A DNA stretch of 64,000 nucleotides from NCBI RefSeq assembly GCF_964204645.1, contig NC_134026.1:13328050-13392049 (forward strand). The letters are read 5' to 3'. This DNA comes from Tubulanus polymorphus. Taxonomy: Eukaryota > Animalia > Nemertea. Positions within the stretch are counted from its first letter, which is position 1. Every line of letters begins with the position of its first letter. The position numbers and the translations under genes are program-made. The notes below the pieces were generated by a model. The model was not told the origin of the DNA. It ran no database searches and was given only the letters and a program-made list of their open reading frames with translations. Shown one piece after another: positions 27,055 to 40,814 of the stretch.

Positions 27055-27869
27055 AATACGGGATATCGACAGATTCAAGTTCTGAATTACTCGTTTGATG
27101 GCGCTAGTCAGAACCGGAAATTGGAACCTAAATCGGCCATGTTCTAGTTCATTTGCAGTAGAAATCTCTCGCTTCAAGTTTTTAGTTAGCGATATTTTAC
27201 ATACTATACAACGGCACGCATAATCCTTTAAGTATGATATCGGGACAATGTGTTGAATTCGATAAAACCCCACTTTGAACGCTAAAGATTACTAGAAATG
27301 TAAAAAACACCCAATAATAAGAAATTTAGCGATGACGCTCGATGCAGCTAACGGTAGTAATGACTGGTGCCGGGTGTCATCACTTTGTTGTTAAGTTCAA
27401 GACTCTTAAGGTAAATATGTTGCAGGCTACACTGATAAAATAATATTATGAAATAAAATTGATTTTAAAAGGACTAAACTCGTAGATTCATAATGAAAAT
27501 ATGAAAAGTACCAGGACTAGAACCAGCAATCAAAATTGGGCCTTCAAGTGCTGCCACCAAGTGACACTTGGCAACCAGTCTTCCATCCAACCATCGTCAG
27601 CAGTTGCAAAATGTTTTTTGATAATTCTAGGACATTTATAGTGATTTCTAGAGGTTTTATCATATCCATCGTAGTGGTAGGATATCATATTTGAAGGATT
27701 ATGCGTGACGATATATAGTAAGTAAAATATCGCTCATTGAAAACTTGAAGCGAGAGATTTTCATTGCAAATGAACTAGAGCATGGCGGATTTAGGTTCCA
27801 ATTTCCGGTTCTGACTAGCACCATCAAACGAGTAATTTCAAGAACTTGAATTTGTCGATATCCCGTATT
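27055..27869. mobile_element. Non-autonomous DNA transposon with ~190-bp TIRs
   Basis: 27055-27245 and about 27680-27869 are near-identical inverted repeats (AATACGGGATATCGAC...). Confidence 0.85.
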
Positions 27870-29711
27870 CCAGAGGGCCTAGCTTAGGCCTGTACAATAG
27901 GAGTCAATAATTATTCGACTTTTTGAAAAACCAGCACAGACGCCTATTCAAATCACATGTAATAAAAAAATTGACTGCTTCTTAGTTTTATGTCCCTGTT
28001 TTCATCGCGCACGTGGTTGAAATGATTGTTTACATCGAACGTCTTCAACTGCTGATACAATCGCACCCACCTCTGTCAATCATCTCAGGTAATTGATTTA
28101 TATACTAAAATGCTCACCATGAAGACACTATGCGGTGAATCAATCCGGAATTTTTCAGTAGAATGTCAGACACTAGCTACCTTTCTTTAAGGGTTTATTT
28201 GTTGTATGTCATTAACAATCACTTATATAGTACTTTATTCATAACTTTGAAGCGGCGCGCCGGCAGCGAACGCTCAAGCAAGGTCAGTCACGTAGGCCAA
28301 CGATAACACGAAACAGACCACGGTTTTGCCGGTTAAGAGCGTCTCTCCACATGAATTAGAGGGACTGTAATGGACCACTCGTTGACACTAAACTTTAATT
28401 ATATTCGTATGGATAGAATCAAGATAATTCCACCCTATAATTCCACTATTCAACGATCGACGCGCAGCTTATACATGGCGACGCCATTCAACACGTTCGT
28501 CACGATGTATCTCTACACACATCCAAATCACACTTGAATTACAAGTTTTGACCTATGAGAAACGATCGAAATCTAGCAATTTGATAGGGAAAATAGCAGC
28601 ACTATGGTTGAAAAAAGTTGATAAACCACTTCTGACTGTCTAATCATTTAAAAGCTGCCTTCACACGAAATAATTTCCGCCTTATCACAGGGTTAGTTCT
28701 AAACCTGGCATGTCATATGGCATATGGCATGGCATTTGGCATTTGGTATGGCATTTCCTTTGAATCAAAATTTATTTCACTGATTTATATATAATCGATA
28801 TATAGATATCATAAGTTAGATAGCCAGTTTGAAAATAAAACTCTTAGTCAAAATCGCGAACCAATAGTAAATGAATATACTAAGTATGGAAAATAACAGT
28901 TCTAAACAGAGGCACCGCAAATACAGGTGGCGCCACAAGACACGAGCTTCATCGAAGACGCCGTAAACTACAACAAGGTTTATTTCTAAAAGGAAATATG
29001 CTGCGACAGGTGGTTTTGCAAAGTCATTAAAAATCAAGATCAAAAGCCTCTACAATACAATACATATAGGATACAATTCTTCCGATTTTGGAGGGAGAAG
29101 TCTTAATAAAGATTGAATAAATTAAGGAAGATTAAAAAATCGGAAGTAATAAACGAACAGTTTAAAAGCGGAAGCACCCGTCGCGATAAAACGAAGATTG
29201 AAATATTACAAAATCATTATGAAAAACGGAATGAAAAGAAACAAATGCTACCGTTGATAGTATTCACGTACAAATTGTAGAATGATAATGGAAATTAATT
29301 GAATACAAGTCAGGAGAAGAGCAAAGAGATTTAGACAATCAATCCGGCGGCTTGAAATAAAGAAACTCCTTAAAATGAATAAACTCGAATGCAAGATCTT
29401 TGCTTTCGTATAATTTGTTAATTACAAGGGTAGACCTAAGGTTCATATAAATCCCGGCTATATTTTTGAGTTTTGAATTTTGTAATCAGGGTATCTAAAA
29501 ATAGTATTCATCATAAGCGGGACGTCGATTCAGCAATTAATTTTTCAGGGAAGAGCCGATCCCGAAAGGCTCATTGCTAATTAAAGTTGAAAAATAAAAT
29601 ACATGAACGTTTTTTTCTGAATACTAAAAGATTCATAATTTTATTTGTGTTCTGTCCACTTAATTGCAGAAATCCGCAATGTATTTGCAGTACTGGGAAC
29701 AATAAAGTAAA

Positions 29712-31509
29712 ATATAGCTGCAAGCAGCGATAACGGGTTTCTGCTTTCTGGATAGAATGGGATGCGAGCAAAGATTTCACCCGAAATCAGTTCGTTACAT
29801 TCCGTTTTTTTTTTGAAAGAGTGCCACCTAGGGGTCAACTCACAACATGGATATGTTGACCCACATGTGCTACTTCGTGCATGTGCTACTACGCGCAAAG
29901 TTCTAATGTGCCAGGTTTTGGGGGAAATAACATCGAGAAGAACCAAGCTACGGTGTTTTTACCATTCCCTAGTGACAGTTTAAGCGCATATTCGGTTATT
30001 ATTAGTTCCGAAAAAAAGTCGACTAGATAAGAAAACCGAATTTGGCCCAAAGCACAAATTTGGCCTATAGGGTATAGAGTCAAGCGATCGGGGACTACAA
30101 TTCACATATGAAATTGACGTCCAATAACCATTATAACCATCACTTTCGTACCCCCCTCCCAAAAATTTTTATTCCTGTATATTATTAATCAGGGAGGTAT
30201 GTAGAGTCAAAATAAATTACTTTTGACCAAAAAAAATAATTTTTTCCAAGCCAAAATTCTGATAATTTGGGGCCGATTTCCTCGATTCAAACCATATTTC
30301 CGCACTAATTCGGTCGGCCATATTTCCGCACTAATTGCCACCTAAAAATATCTGAATAGATACATCTCAATAAATTTAATTGAATTGACAAAATTTCGTT
30401 TTTGGGCATATAACTTTTCTTGATCAGAACATCTGTAAATCAATAGCTAAGTATGAAAATAATGCAAACATACGCGTCATTTTCAGAGATGGTTATGTTT
30501 GAAAACATGGTTTTTTGCAAAGTTTTAATGTCATGGCATTTCAGTGGAGAGTTAGAAACTTTGATTAACATCCAATATGGCGTTGTTGACGTCGCGAATC
30601 GGCGAAATAAAAATTTTTTGGAGGGGGGTACGAAAGTGCAATAGCGCCAACATAATCACGAACAGTACCATCACTCCTCATTACTAACTGTCACTGGTCT
30701 CTGGCTAACAATCATTCTTTATCGGTGCAGTGGGTAGGTATTTTCAACTGACTTTGTTCTTCTATGACATTACCATCGCCGCTGCGTCACGATGACATAC
30801 ATGTACAACCTCCAATTGGGACCTCTAATTTGTAATGTATGTGATGTAAACTGACTTTAGACCGTTTAATATCGACGATAACAAGGTATCACCGACGCTG
30901 ACATTTTCTGACGCTAACTAGTATGGCCCGCCTTTTGGACCGGACCAATTCAATTCAATTAAAAAAACGCGTACCGGTACAATAAATAAATAAACCGCTG
31001 TTGATTTTTCGAAGTATTGATATCCACGAACAAAACTATACTATTATAGAATGTTTAAAAGGAACTGCTTTTAATAACAGTATGAATAAACTTACTTCAC
31101 AAACAAGGAAGTACATATTTAACTCGTGAATGGTCGAATCCCAGTTATTCACAGTAACCTGTGTTTTGGATATTCTCGGAGCCTTCCTTTTTCATTTATT
31201 TATGAAATGACGTCACAAACTTTCAAATTCGCGCCAGAATGCGCGCCATGATTGATGAGTGCTATTTCCACCGGAACTATCTTTAAGTAACTTCACGTTT
31301 AGAGTAGGAAGCACAGTACATCCATAGAAACTACGCGCAGAAAGAGACTGTTATATTATTATCAGAGTTTAACATTTCGTTTCAAAGTTGTTAGTAGTCA
31401 AATCTAATAGAAAATGATTTTTATGTTACGAAACTCAGTGGAAAATATGTTAAAATAATAATCAGCAGGAATCCAATAGGGTTTCTGCCGAGGCAGCAGA
31501 AACCCTAAT
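29712..31509 (-). mobile_element. HINE element (family B) nested in the MULE
   Basis: Ends are ATATAGCTGCAAGCAGCGATAACGGGTTTCTGC and the hairpin TAGGGTTTCTGC-CGAGGCA-GCAGAAACCCTA. Confidence 0.85.
30130..30648. mobile_element. MITE nested in the HINE
   Basis: CACTTTCGTACCCCCCTCCCAAAAATTTT is inverse to AAAATTTTTTGGAGGGGGGTACGAAAGTG. Ends are approximate. Confidence 0.75.
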
Positions 31510-32289
31510 AAAGTATTGAATAAAGTAATAATTAAGTATATCTGAATAAGTATTAATAAAGTATATTTGAACTTGAATTGAGCCCACTAGGTGGTGGTAT
31601 TGGAAGACACCAGGTGGTTTGATCATCTTAATATATTAATGCTCCAGCGCCGTGGCGCTGTCGCAAAAAACGTGAAAATACGTAAGTGCTAAGTGAATAA
31701 TTCAATAAAGTCTCTGTTTCCAAAGAAATAAGTCGAAATCTTTTCTTATTTTTTTCGAAAGAAACTGACCCTATCGTATTTTTTCCAGGAGTACAAAGGA
31801 TGGAACATGTAAATCAATCAATCATTGCAATTCCGCCAATTTTTATCTTAGGACGAAGGTTCTGACTGTGGAGAGGACAAAAGCACTACAGGAGGAGCGA
31901 TTTGTTAAAAGGCGCGATTAAAGAAAACAGGAACGATTTGATTTTAATTGCGCAATTAGAATATGTTTTGAATTACGGAATTTAGGAAAAAATAAAAGAT
32001 ACTAAATTCTATTTGAATGGTCTTGGCATGCCATGCAATATGCCAAATGCCATGCCCTGCCATGCCTTGCCAGGTTTAGAACTAACCCCTTATCACAGGT
32101 GCACTCTACCACCGTAATTCGCCCATTCAACGATAAAAACTTACCCACGGTCTTACTATCGGCATTTTCTAATAATTTAGGGAAATACTTTAAAAAAGCG
32201 AAATTTCACACTCTGCGTTAATAAGATTAAAGTATTTATTCGTTTGACAAATCTTCCACTGAACTGTTCCTCTGTTCCTGTTAATTAGG

Positions 32290-32674
32290 AATCACACGCA
32301 ACAAGTGGAAGAAGTTTGATATTTGAACACATGTTGCAGGTATAAATTGTTATCAGTAGAGAATTTGTAATCCATAAAAGACGAAATCAACATCGGCCCG
32401 AAACCCAGACCAAATCAATTCATAATTTATTGATTGAATCTACACTACTATATATGTATTTATTCAAATATTTCAATGAAAAGATTAACTTCTTAAATCT
32501 ATTCCAAATCATAATACGTTCTTATCTGTAGATATACTCGATCTATCGACTCAGCAGGTGCTTGAGATGAGTTCTTAATAGGACAGGTCCATTTTTAGCG
32601 TGGTGATAATACAGTATCATGATGTTTGAATGCCAAAATAAATGCCTGGTCGAATAAATTTATATTTGTTGATT
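32290..32674 (+). repeat. Internal fragment of HINE family A
   Basis: Near-identical reverse complement of about 18165-18555 and 43470-43850. Confidence 0.85.
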
Positions 32675-32677
32675 GGG

Positions 32678-33067
32678 GGACGCTGAAAATGCACGACATG
32701 AAAATGAATGTAATGGAATATTCCTACAATGAAAACATGAGAATAATCCACCATAAGAAAATACTAGACACGGCACAACCTGATAAAACAAGAACTGGAA
32801 AATATAGGAACGTACACACTGGATTATAAAATAAACATCCAAGAGCGGAATATACAAGAAATACCCCTTACTGGAAAATACAGGAACTGGAAAATGTAGG
32901 AATTTCCTGAATATTCCAGTTCCTGCAGAGTGTGATGCATGTTTTTCTGGCATTTTCCTGTTCTTGTACTTTCCAGTTCTTGTTTATTATTGATGTGCAC
33001 ATTCTTGTATTTTCATGTCATGCTTTTTCTAGTTCTTGTATTTTCATATTGTTCATTTTTAGCATCC
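32678..33067. mobile_element. Foldback MITE built from ~15-bp subrepeats (GAAAATACAAGAACT-like)
   Basis: GGACGCTGAAAATG...CATTTTTAGCATCC, with mirrored subrepeat arrays in the two halves. Confidence 0.65.
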
Positions 33068-34048
33068 TACTGTCTATCGCTGAATGTGCACAACATGAAA
33101 ATACAAGAATTCATTAATGATCTTTATATAGAAATTTCGGGATTTCATCCAGTTTTCAATAAATAATTAGTGACATATGGCCTATAAACATTTGCAATAG
33201 CAAAGATCTTTAATCATCCACGAAATTATTCTCTTTCTAGTGTTGATAATGCATCATTTCATTATTCTAATGTTTATTTAGATTATTAGTACCAAATGTA
33301 AGCGAAGTTGAAAATTTGATATAGATATTCTTAAGAATTCCACGTATTGGCATTGTATGTACAGTTTTACAGGATTAGTGTAGTGTTATTAGGGGAAGAA
33401 TTATTAGCAAGCTAATTTAATTCGAGACAATATCCAAGTAACCGATGAATTGGGGGAAAAATTGACGTATAAATTACATTCACTGTATCCCTAGGAAGAC
33501 AACAATGTTAGTTTGTCTTCTACTCATAATTAGTTTAGGGGATGCTAATTAGAATATGCCTATATATCGGGTGCTGCATGTCACAACATACCTTTTCTGC
33601 GTTGAAGAGTTTTGTCCAGGGACAGCGAAGATTTCCGAAAATAGACATCGAATCATTGTAAGTATGAAAACTTGTTTCTGCGACATGGATAGAATTTTGT
33701 TCTTATAAATTTTGACTAGAAAGTTATTAGATATGATAACATGCACTTGTGATTATATCGTCTTTGGTTTATTTTAACCAGAGGTATTGTTAGCATGGTT
33801 AGCAACATGAACATCTTATTTCGTACGCTGTAGGCTTATTTCCTTAATACAACAATACAAATGTTACTTAATAGGTCAACGTGTTTATTTCACGAATGAG
33901 CTTTTACTATTAATATGTAGTAACTTAATAGAACGATAACCACACTCAAACGTGGTGAACGGATAATAAGATAAAAACCCAATATCTACATATTAAAAGA
34001 TTTTAAATCAAGAATTCATTTATTCGAACAATCTAGAATATATAAAAT

Positions 34049-34090
34049 ACACGACGTTTCGATCTCACACTAGAGATCATCGTCAGGTGT
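34049..34090 (-). ncRNA. Minimal type I hammerhead ribozyme (Penelope-associated type)
   Basis: Minus strand ACAC-CUGACGA-U-GAUCUC(UAGUGU)GAGAUC-GAAAC-GUC-GUGU: intact core, helix II, helix I ACAC/GUGU and GUC cleavage triplet, with AAUAAA downstream. Confidence 0.8.
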
Positions 34091-34289
34091 GAGATATACA
34101 CTAAAAACAGGGGTATATATACAGGAGAGAACAGGTTAATTGAGTAAATTGGTGAGTGAGTAAATAATTAGTGTTTGGCAAGGCACTGTATGTAGTAACT
34201 TCATGTAGTAACTTCATCAGAAGCGCGTTTACACGTTTAGATCGGTCCAATTTGGACCGGACCAAGCGAAATGTCTGATCTCGATTGGT

Positions 34290-34710
34290 CCGAATGTGGA
34301 AAATTCCCCTGGGTAAAAATCCCCAAGGTAAAAATCCCCAAATATTCAAAGTAGGTAAACATCCCCACTTGGTGATTTTGGTGATTTTCATGAACATTTC
34401 AAAGCAAAATGTTTCTCAAACTTTATTCATTTGCAATAAGAATGCAATATGTTTGAACTGTGCAATGAAATCTTTCGTTGGGATCAATTCTTAAGTAAAT
34501 TGTTACAATCAAATAAATTGTTAGAATTGATATAATAATAATAAACTTTTGAACTTTAATAATGAACTTTTTATTTCTAATATCTTAAAATTCAAACTGG
34601 AATTTTCTTGAACTATGAACTTTTTTGTTATCTTATGGTATATTTGAGCTGTGCGATACCATGCATTGTAAGAAATAATGAACTTTTAATTTGAAATATT
34701 TTAGATTCAA
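34290..34710. repeat. Partial inverted copy of the foldback element at 493-1231
   Basis: Reverse-complement match to about 820-1230 (GGTAAAAATCCCC repeats, TTTCAAAGCAAAATGTTTCTC). Confidence 0.75.
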
Positions 34711-34893
34711 GCTAAAAAAAAGAAACGCCTAGCTGACATACGAGCTCATTCACAATTTCGACTTATTATGTCAAAACTCGACTTAATAAGTATTATTATA
34801 ACATAAGTATATTATATCTTTGGCAATACAGTGTACACAATATTATATAAAGAGTAAATTAGTAGTAGTTTTCCACCTCTCAATAGCCCCTTA

Positions 34894-35066
34894 GGGGTCA
34901 TTCATTTATTACGTACGCAGTAGGGGACTGGGAGGGTGGGTGTTCAGTGCAATTGCGTACTGTAATGCTTAATGTATATGAAAGAATGGCCGATTTTACG
35001 TACAGAGTGGGGGGGGGGGGGTTGAAAAATTCAAAATTTATGCGTAAGTAATAAATGAATGATCCA
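34894..35066. mobile_element. Second copy of the 19429-19591 MITE, TSD TTA
   Basis: Same TIR and internal sequence; flanked by TTA on both sides. Confidence 0.88.
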
Positions 35067-35240
35067 TTATCTAAATTGCTCGGTGTACTTGTTAGTCAGG
35101 CCAGGGTCTAAACACTTCCCTGGTCAGGCCTAGGTCAGGCTATCAGTCTAATGAGTGCGCTTAATTGCCATTTGTTTCCCCTGTATTCCATTCATCTGGG
35201 GATATGGTCTATGATGGTACATACTGGCCATGTTTAATGC

Positions 35241-35957
35241 GAATGTAAAAAAGGCCCAAAAATGGCCAAGGAAAAAATGGCCAGGGAAAGAATGGCCAAG
35301 GTATTTGCCTAGGAAAAAATGGCCAAGGAAAAAATGGCCACAGAAAAAAAGTCCAAGGAAAATTTATGAGAACTACTGACAATGTTGATAAACGTTAAGC
35401 TTTCAATTTAATGACAGCATTTATTTTTCATGGGGCTAAAAATAATTAAAATCGGTATAATGAGTTCAGAAATGTGATTCATTTAATTTCATTACATAAT
35501 GAATATATCAAGATCTATCCTGATAGAACTATCATGCAAGTGGGCAATGGATAAACTTAATAGTAATAAACTTAAACTTAATAAATTAACTAAATTAATA
35601 TTTCAAAACATCTAAGTAAGCTATTAGGGCACAGAATGTCTTAAATCATCAGAGGTAAATGCATTGAAATTGTGTGAAAATTTACATAGCAAACTGGTGT
35701 AGTGTCTGATAACATCGAATTGAGATATGCTCATCATAGATTTACCTAAACTAATCCAGGAATAGGTCTAATAATCTCAAAAAGTGACATGTCAAAACAT
35801 CGATGCGTTTGATTTTATTTTTAGTCAATGAAATGATGGTTAGTTTTCTATTTAATCATCCTTGGCCTTTTTTTCCGTGGCCATTTTTACCTTGGCTATT
35901 CTTTCCTTGGCCATTTTTTCCTGGCCATTTTTTTCTTGGTCATTTTTTCCGTTCACC
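35241..35957. mobile_element. Foldback Mutator-like MITE with 15-bp AAAAAATGGCCAAGG arrays and 9-bp TSD
   Basis: Mirrored tandem arrays at both ends; TSD GTTTAATGC at 35232-35240 and 35958-35966. Confidence 0.85.
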
Positions 35958-37019
35958 GTTTAATGCACAGTGTATAATCGTCCATACCTTACCATGAATG
36001 TAGGTAAAAATTCACTTTTTGATCAAACAAGATTATTAAGATTAGATTAAACGTTTTACAACAATATTTAAATCTGAAATTTTCAATGATTTAAAATTTT
36101 CATTAACAATGAGACTGAAATGTGTTTGAACTGCGCAATGAAATCTTTCGTGCGGAAAAGGGCGCCCCCGAGTAGGGTGCCCTTCGGTGTTGAAACAAAT
36201 ACATCCAAAACGATGAGTTTGACTCGCAATTACTAAAAAACTAATAAAGATAATTGAAAACGGTAAAAAGTATATAAGACCACATATAGGTGTATATTGA
36301 TCCTGAAAACTCAAAAAAATTTAGATCAAAATTTGTAAGAATTATATATTTATTGTTTTGAATGAGATGAGCAATAATTCAAGTTGAATTATCGGGAAGG
36401 AATTGTTGCATCAACTTTATAAATAATATGTGATATCATAAAAAAGTTTATTATCACCCGAGTTCATCGATATTTTTACTTTGTTTCTATCTTAACCAAA
36501 TCCAGAGATATGAACGAAAAAATTAAACCGGAGAAAAATAGGGACAAAAAAATCAACAATGCGGACCCGGCGGGTACCCAATAAAATGGCGCCTGGAAAC
36601 TGTAAAAAGGCTCGTAAATCGCTTAGCATAAGGATTTTTTTACTCTTCACTAACAATTATTTATCTAACGTTCAGTGATCGTATTGTACATGTAATGGAT
36701 GGAATTTCCTTCATGTAGAGTTGAATAAAGAATAAGAGTTTGAATCTATTTTGAGTTTTTTAAACAGTATGTTCAATTTCATTGCAAATTTTAGTGAAAT
36801 CAAATACGGGCAGATTTTTAATGTATTTTAATGTTTTAGAAACCAATAGCAGATTTATTTGGATTAAATCCAGAACTTATGTATGGAAATAAACTGAAGG
36901 TCGTTCTACCATTTTCACATAAAAAAACCATATCTAGCCCATCGTACAAGAGAAGATGCCATCAAAAATTAGTATTTTTTTCTGAGATGAATTTAAAGTT
37001 CAACTGTTTTCTTTTCTTC

Positions 37020-37420
37020 AGAGGCAACACACAGATCATTCATCGGCAGATGAAATCGCTGAGTTAAAATTGGTAAACAAATTCAGAAAGCGGGCTGCTG
37101 AGGAAGATCTGTCACTCAGACAGATTTTCGATGAAGAATCTAGAACAAATGATGTTCGGGACCGAATAAGTTTCTGCGACATAGAGAGTGGGATGAATAA
37201 AAGACGGAGATTGAATCAACCTGCGCTGCCAAATACATTGGGGGAATTGCCCGCTGCAATCCTCAATAGCGTTCACAATGAGATGGCTGATGGTTCTCCG
37301 TTTTTTTTGTGGTGTTGTTGATGATGGTGCCGATGGATTTGCGTTGATATTTGCTAGTGATGCACAGATCCAACTACTCACTGGCCGGAAATCAGTCAGT
37401 ATGGATGCAACCTGATTTTC
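37020..37420 (+). mobile_element. MULE transposase fragment
   Basis: KFRKRAAEEDLSLRQIFDEE...ISFCDIESGMNKRRRLNQPALP...ALIFASDAQIQLL...MDAT (first catalytic D, DGTF-like). Truncated by a HINE end. Confidence 0.75.
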
Positions 37421-37575
37421 GGTTTCAAAGCTGAACCACATTTGACTTTTACACAGCGGTTGAATATTAGGTTCGAATCTGTCTATGCATTTTATTCTGT
37501 GTATCGGTATTTCAATTTACTACAATTCCCATCATCCTGAAAGGCTTTGCAGAAAACCCGTCATCGCATATATTT
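37420..37575 (+). repeat. Terminal fragment of HINE family A
   Basis: Reverse complement of about 17990-18150, ending GCAGAAAACCCGTCATCGC. Confidence 0.8.
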
Positions 37576-38371
37576 TGAGCTTAGTTTATTCGATGATTGA
37601 ATAAACTAAGCTTAATGACAAAGTATTTGTATGAATAATCTTAAAAGGCAATTGGTATTCAATGTCTTCTACAGCTCGGCACTGTACACCGGACCCAAAT
37701 GTTCGGATGATATGCCACCCTCGTGTAATTATGAATTGTAAGTCATAATTCAACATTGGATCCTAAATTTCAACACTTACTTCGTATGCTAAAGTAGGTA
37801 AATATCGGTGTTGTTGCAGAATCACGGAATCGCAGAATTTTCCAATAAAGGACCATGGGTCCATTAGGATCAACTGAGTACATTTTAGTTTTGAGCACAA
37901 AAATCGATTTGTTCTTGGATGTGCAATAACGTATAACCAGCTGACATACATGAAACCATGGTGCAATTTGTAGCAAGCATGTGTAACTTTGATGATATAC
38001 ATGGTAATGGGTCTTCCCTATGAGTCACAAGTGCGGGTAGAGAACAGTTCTTGATATTGTTACTAGGAAAACCTTCGAGAGGGATTTCCAAGTGATGCCC
38101 TTATGAAGAGATTTCCTTGTGATGTCATGAAACTAGGTCAAGCATCGATTAGTAGAATGGGGGAAAAGTTCATTGAAATTTTACACATTCTCTCCCAGCA
38201 CATCAAAATGGCTTAGAGCTGATGGACGAAATTAGCCATATCAATTCCACCACCTATTGCCCTCATAATGACAAAATATCAGCTGTTTATATCCAGTGGT
38301 TACAATTTGTGCCAACAAGAGCTAACAGAAAGTTACTCTCAGAACCATTCTATAAGGATCATCACAGAACG

Positions 38372-39147
38372 TTGAATTTCTTCATTTTCACTATAAATAT
38401 TAACCGGGTTTTTCCACGGGCTACCCCTTTCCGGACAAGGCACCGGATGCATGTTTTCATTACCGGTACCCGGTAGGCCTCAGTGATAATTTATTACTAT
38501 CGTCACTCAACAAACTGATCTATGTGATAAAACAATCTAGAGAAATATCCCATAATGATCGATGTCAATCGAAAATAAATAAAAATTTTAAGCATAATCT
38601 AGCTGTGGGTTTTCATGCGTGTCGAGGATCTAAATTGTGATTTATGCGAGTGTGGTGTATGTAGAAAAATTTGTACAAGTTGAACGATATTAAAGATTAT
38701 ATAATGGTTCCTTTTTATAACTTTGCTTTCTGTGAAAAGAAAGTTGTAACATTCCAGTTGATTCCTTGGACCATTTAGTACCGATAACAGTGTTATCGGT
38801 ACGAAATGGCATTTTCTATCAAAAATAATTTTCAAAGAACCGGCTCATGTTTTGGCGTAGCACATTTCACGTTTGCAGCCATCTGAAACGACGGCACGAC
38901 CTAAAGCAAGCTTGCTCAATACCCGAACTGATAATATGCGGATCTCTTTTTCCGACAAGATTCTGACTGCTGCTGCAGGTAACTGGCAGCAGTGAACGGT
39001 ATCATAAAACAATGTCATATAGAATTGCGTGCAAATATTGAGATTCGAAGCATACTCAGTGTATCGATAGGTCCGGTGCCTTGGTCAACATTGGGTATCC
39101 CCGCGGGAAAACCCAGTTACTATTTATAGTGAAAGTGAAGAAATTCC
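38372..39147. mobile_element. Non-autonomous TIR element with ~75-bp diverged TIRs
   Basis: GAATTTCTTCATTTTCACTATAAATA...CAAGGCACCGGA is inverse to TCCGGTGCCTTG...TATTTATAGTGAAAGTGAAGAAATTC. Confidence 0.7.
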
Positions 39148-40814
39148 GTGTTTTTGGAAAATTCCGCGATTCCATGATACCTCGATACGACAACACCGCA
39201 TAATTAAACCGTTTATAATTAAACTAAATGCACCTCCTGATTCACGTACATCCACATTGGCGATGTGATAGAATACATCCATGATTCTTTTTATATATTA
39301 TAACTGGAGGATGCTGCCCTCTCTAGGAAATAATACAGAGCAATAGGTGATTGTTTACGGTACGTAGGTCCGAAAAACAAAATATGCATAATATGCATAT
39401 TCTCTTGCTAACACATACACGAAGACTAGCAACTTAGAGACGTTTCTGGCATAAGTATACACTATTTTTCTCCGAGACAACCTTCTTGTCTGAGTTAATA
39501 GCACATACTCCTCTACGTCAGTTCTTGCGAAAGAATGAAATGCTTGAAAAGAGGGTGCCCCCAGTTAAGGGTACGAAAACGACTCGTTCGAACGCTATGA
39601 GTAAAAAGCCACCAAACCCTCAGCTTAAAACCAACGATTATGTGTCTAGCCTACGACAATGGAACATGAAACATGAATGAGGGCATAAAAGTATAATTCC
39701 ATCTTAAAATCAGATGAAGTACGCGTAATCAGTTGATTTTAGATGATTTGGGACCCAACATTTTTTTTAATCTTTTACTGAACAAATTGTAGTTTGTTGA
39801 TTTCTGATTCAGTCCATTTTCAGCGTGACATCAGCGTTTATGTACTTCACTAGCAATAATTCACGCTGGGACATTTAAGTTTCAGTCGGGCAATTGGAAC
39901 GAGATGGTCATCATCACCGGAGAAGGCAATTTTTGTAAATTTTTTCAAAACATTTTGTTCCAGCGCACAAAAAGCAGTGCCATTTAAGTGCTGTATTGGT
40001 ATCGAACGTCTCTTATAGTACTATACTAAGAGGCGACAATAAGAATACAGAGCGGATTCCAACAATATCATGGGGCGATAATACGAATGGAGTGGATTCT
40101 AAAAAGGAGAATAACGCTGTATGGGCTACATCCTGGCGAAAATGAGTGGAAAACGAACTATGGAAGTACCATTATCTTCGACGAATGTTAAACATTTTGA
40201 TACTGTACAGTCCCTGATATGGTAACTTCAAAGTGATAGTGACCTCATTACTCACCACAACCAAATTAGGCATAAGGTACAACTTTGCAAATAATTGTGG
40301 CATGTAGCAAAGTATGTATGATATGAAATACAATGCACCTGGGTGAACCTATACCAAAACGTAGGATCTTGTGACCAGAATCGATGCACATTGACCTACA
40401 ATTTCGAAAGTATTTTGTGGTAAGAAAATATGTATAAAAATGTACCCGTTATAAATTCAAATACTACTCGGGAGTAAAGAACTAATGACCTTTTTTAACT
40501 GCAACTTTGCAGTTGCTATTCATTAGAAATATAATGAGAAGACTTAGATATAATTCAATATCCAACTACCATTAGATAGGAAAATAAAAGACTCGGTAAC
40601 CCCATTTCTAAATGAGATGATTTGGCATCTGACAATATACACAATTTCAAGACTCCAAGTTTAACAGTTGATATTTACGTACACAAACCTTTTTTTCATA
40701 CTGATAAAAGAACCTCACCTTTGGAACACCTCTGCAATCCTACACTTTGGTGAAAAATATCAAATTTCGAAGGAAGAATCAGGCAAACATTTGGAATTAG
40801 ACGTATGATTGTAC

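Larger units (their letters stand above)
28690..32088. mobile_element. Non-autonomous Mutator-like element with 9-bp TSD, containing nested insertions
   Basis: TIRs GGGTTAGTTCTAAACCTGGCA and TGCCAGGTTTAGAACTAACCC with GGCAT subrepeats. TSD CTTATCACA at 28681-28689 and 32089-32097. Confidence 0.88.

Noticed and set aside
35803-35997. WPFF-repeat ORF
   Set aside because: Translation of the 15-bp foldback MITE subrepeats.
37675-37737. 63-nt plus-strand candidate exon (ctacag...gtaagt)
   Set aside because: Good splice-like sites but no partner exons and no recognisable peptide.
39238-39280. GCILSHRQC on the minus strand as a fourth Cys module
   Set aside because: No AG acceptor or pyrimidine tract, and a stop follows within four codons.
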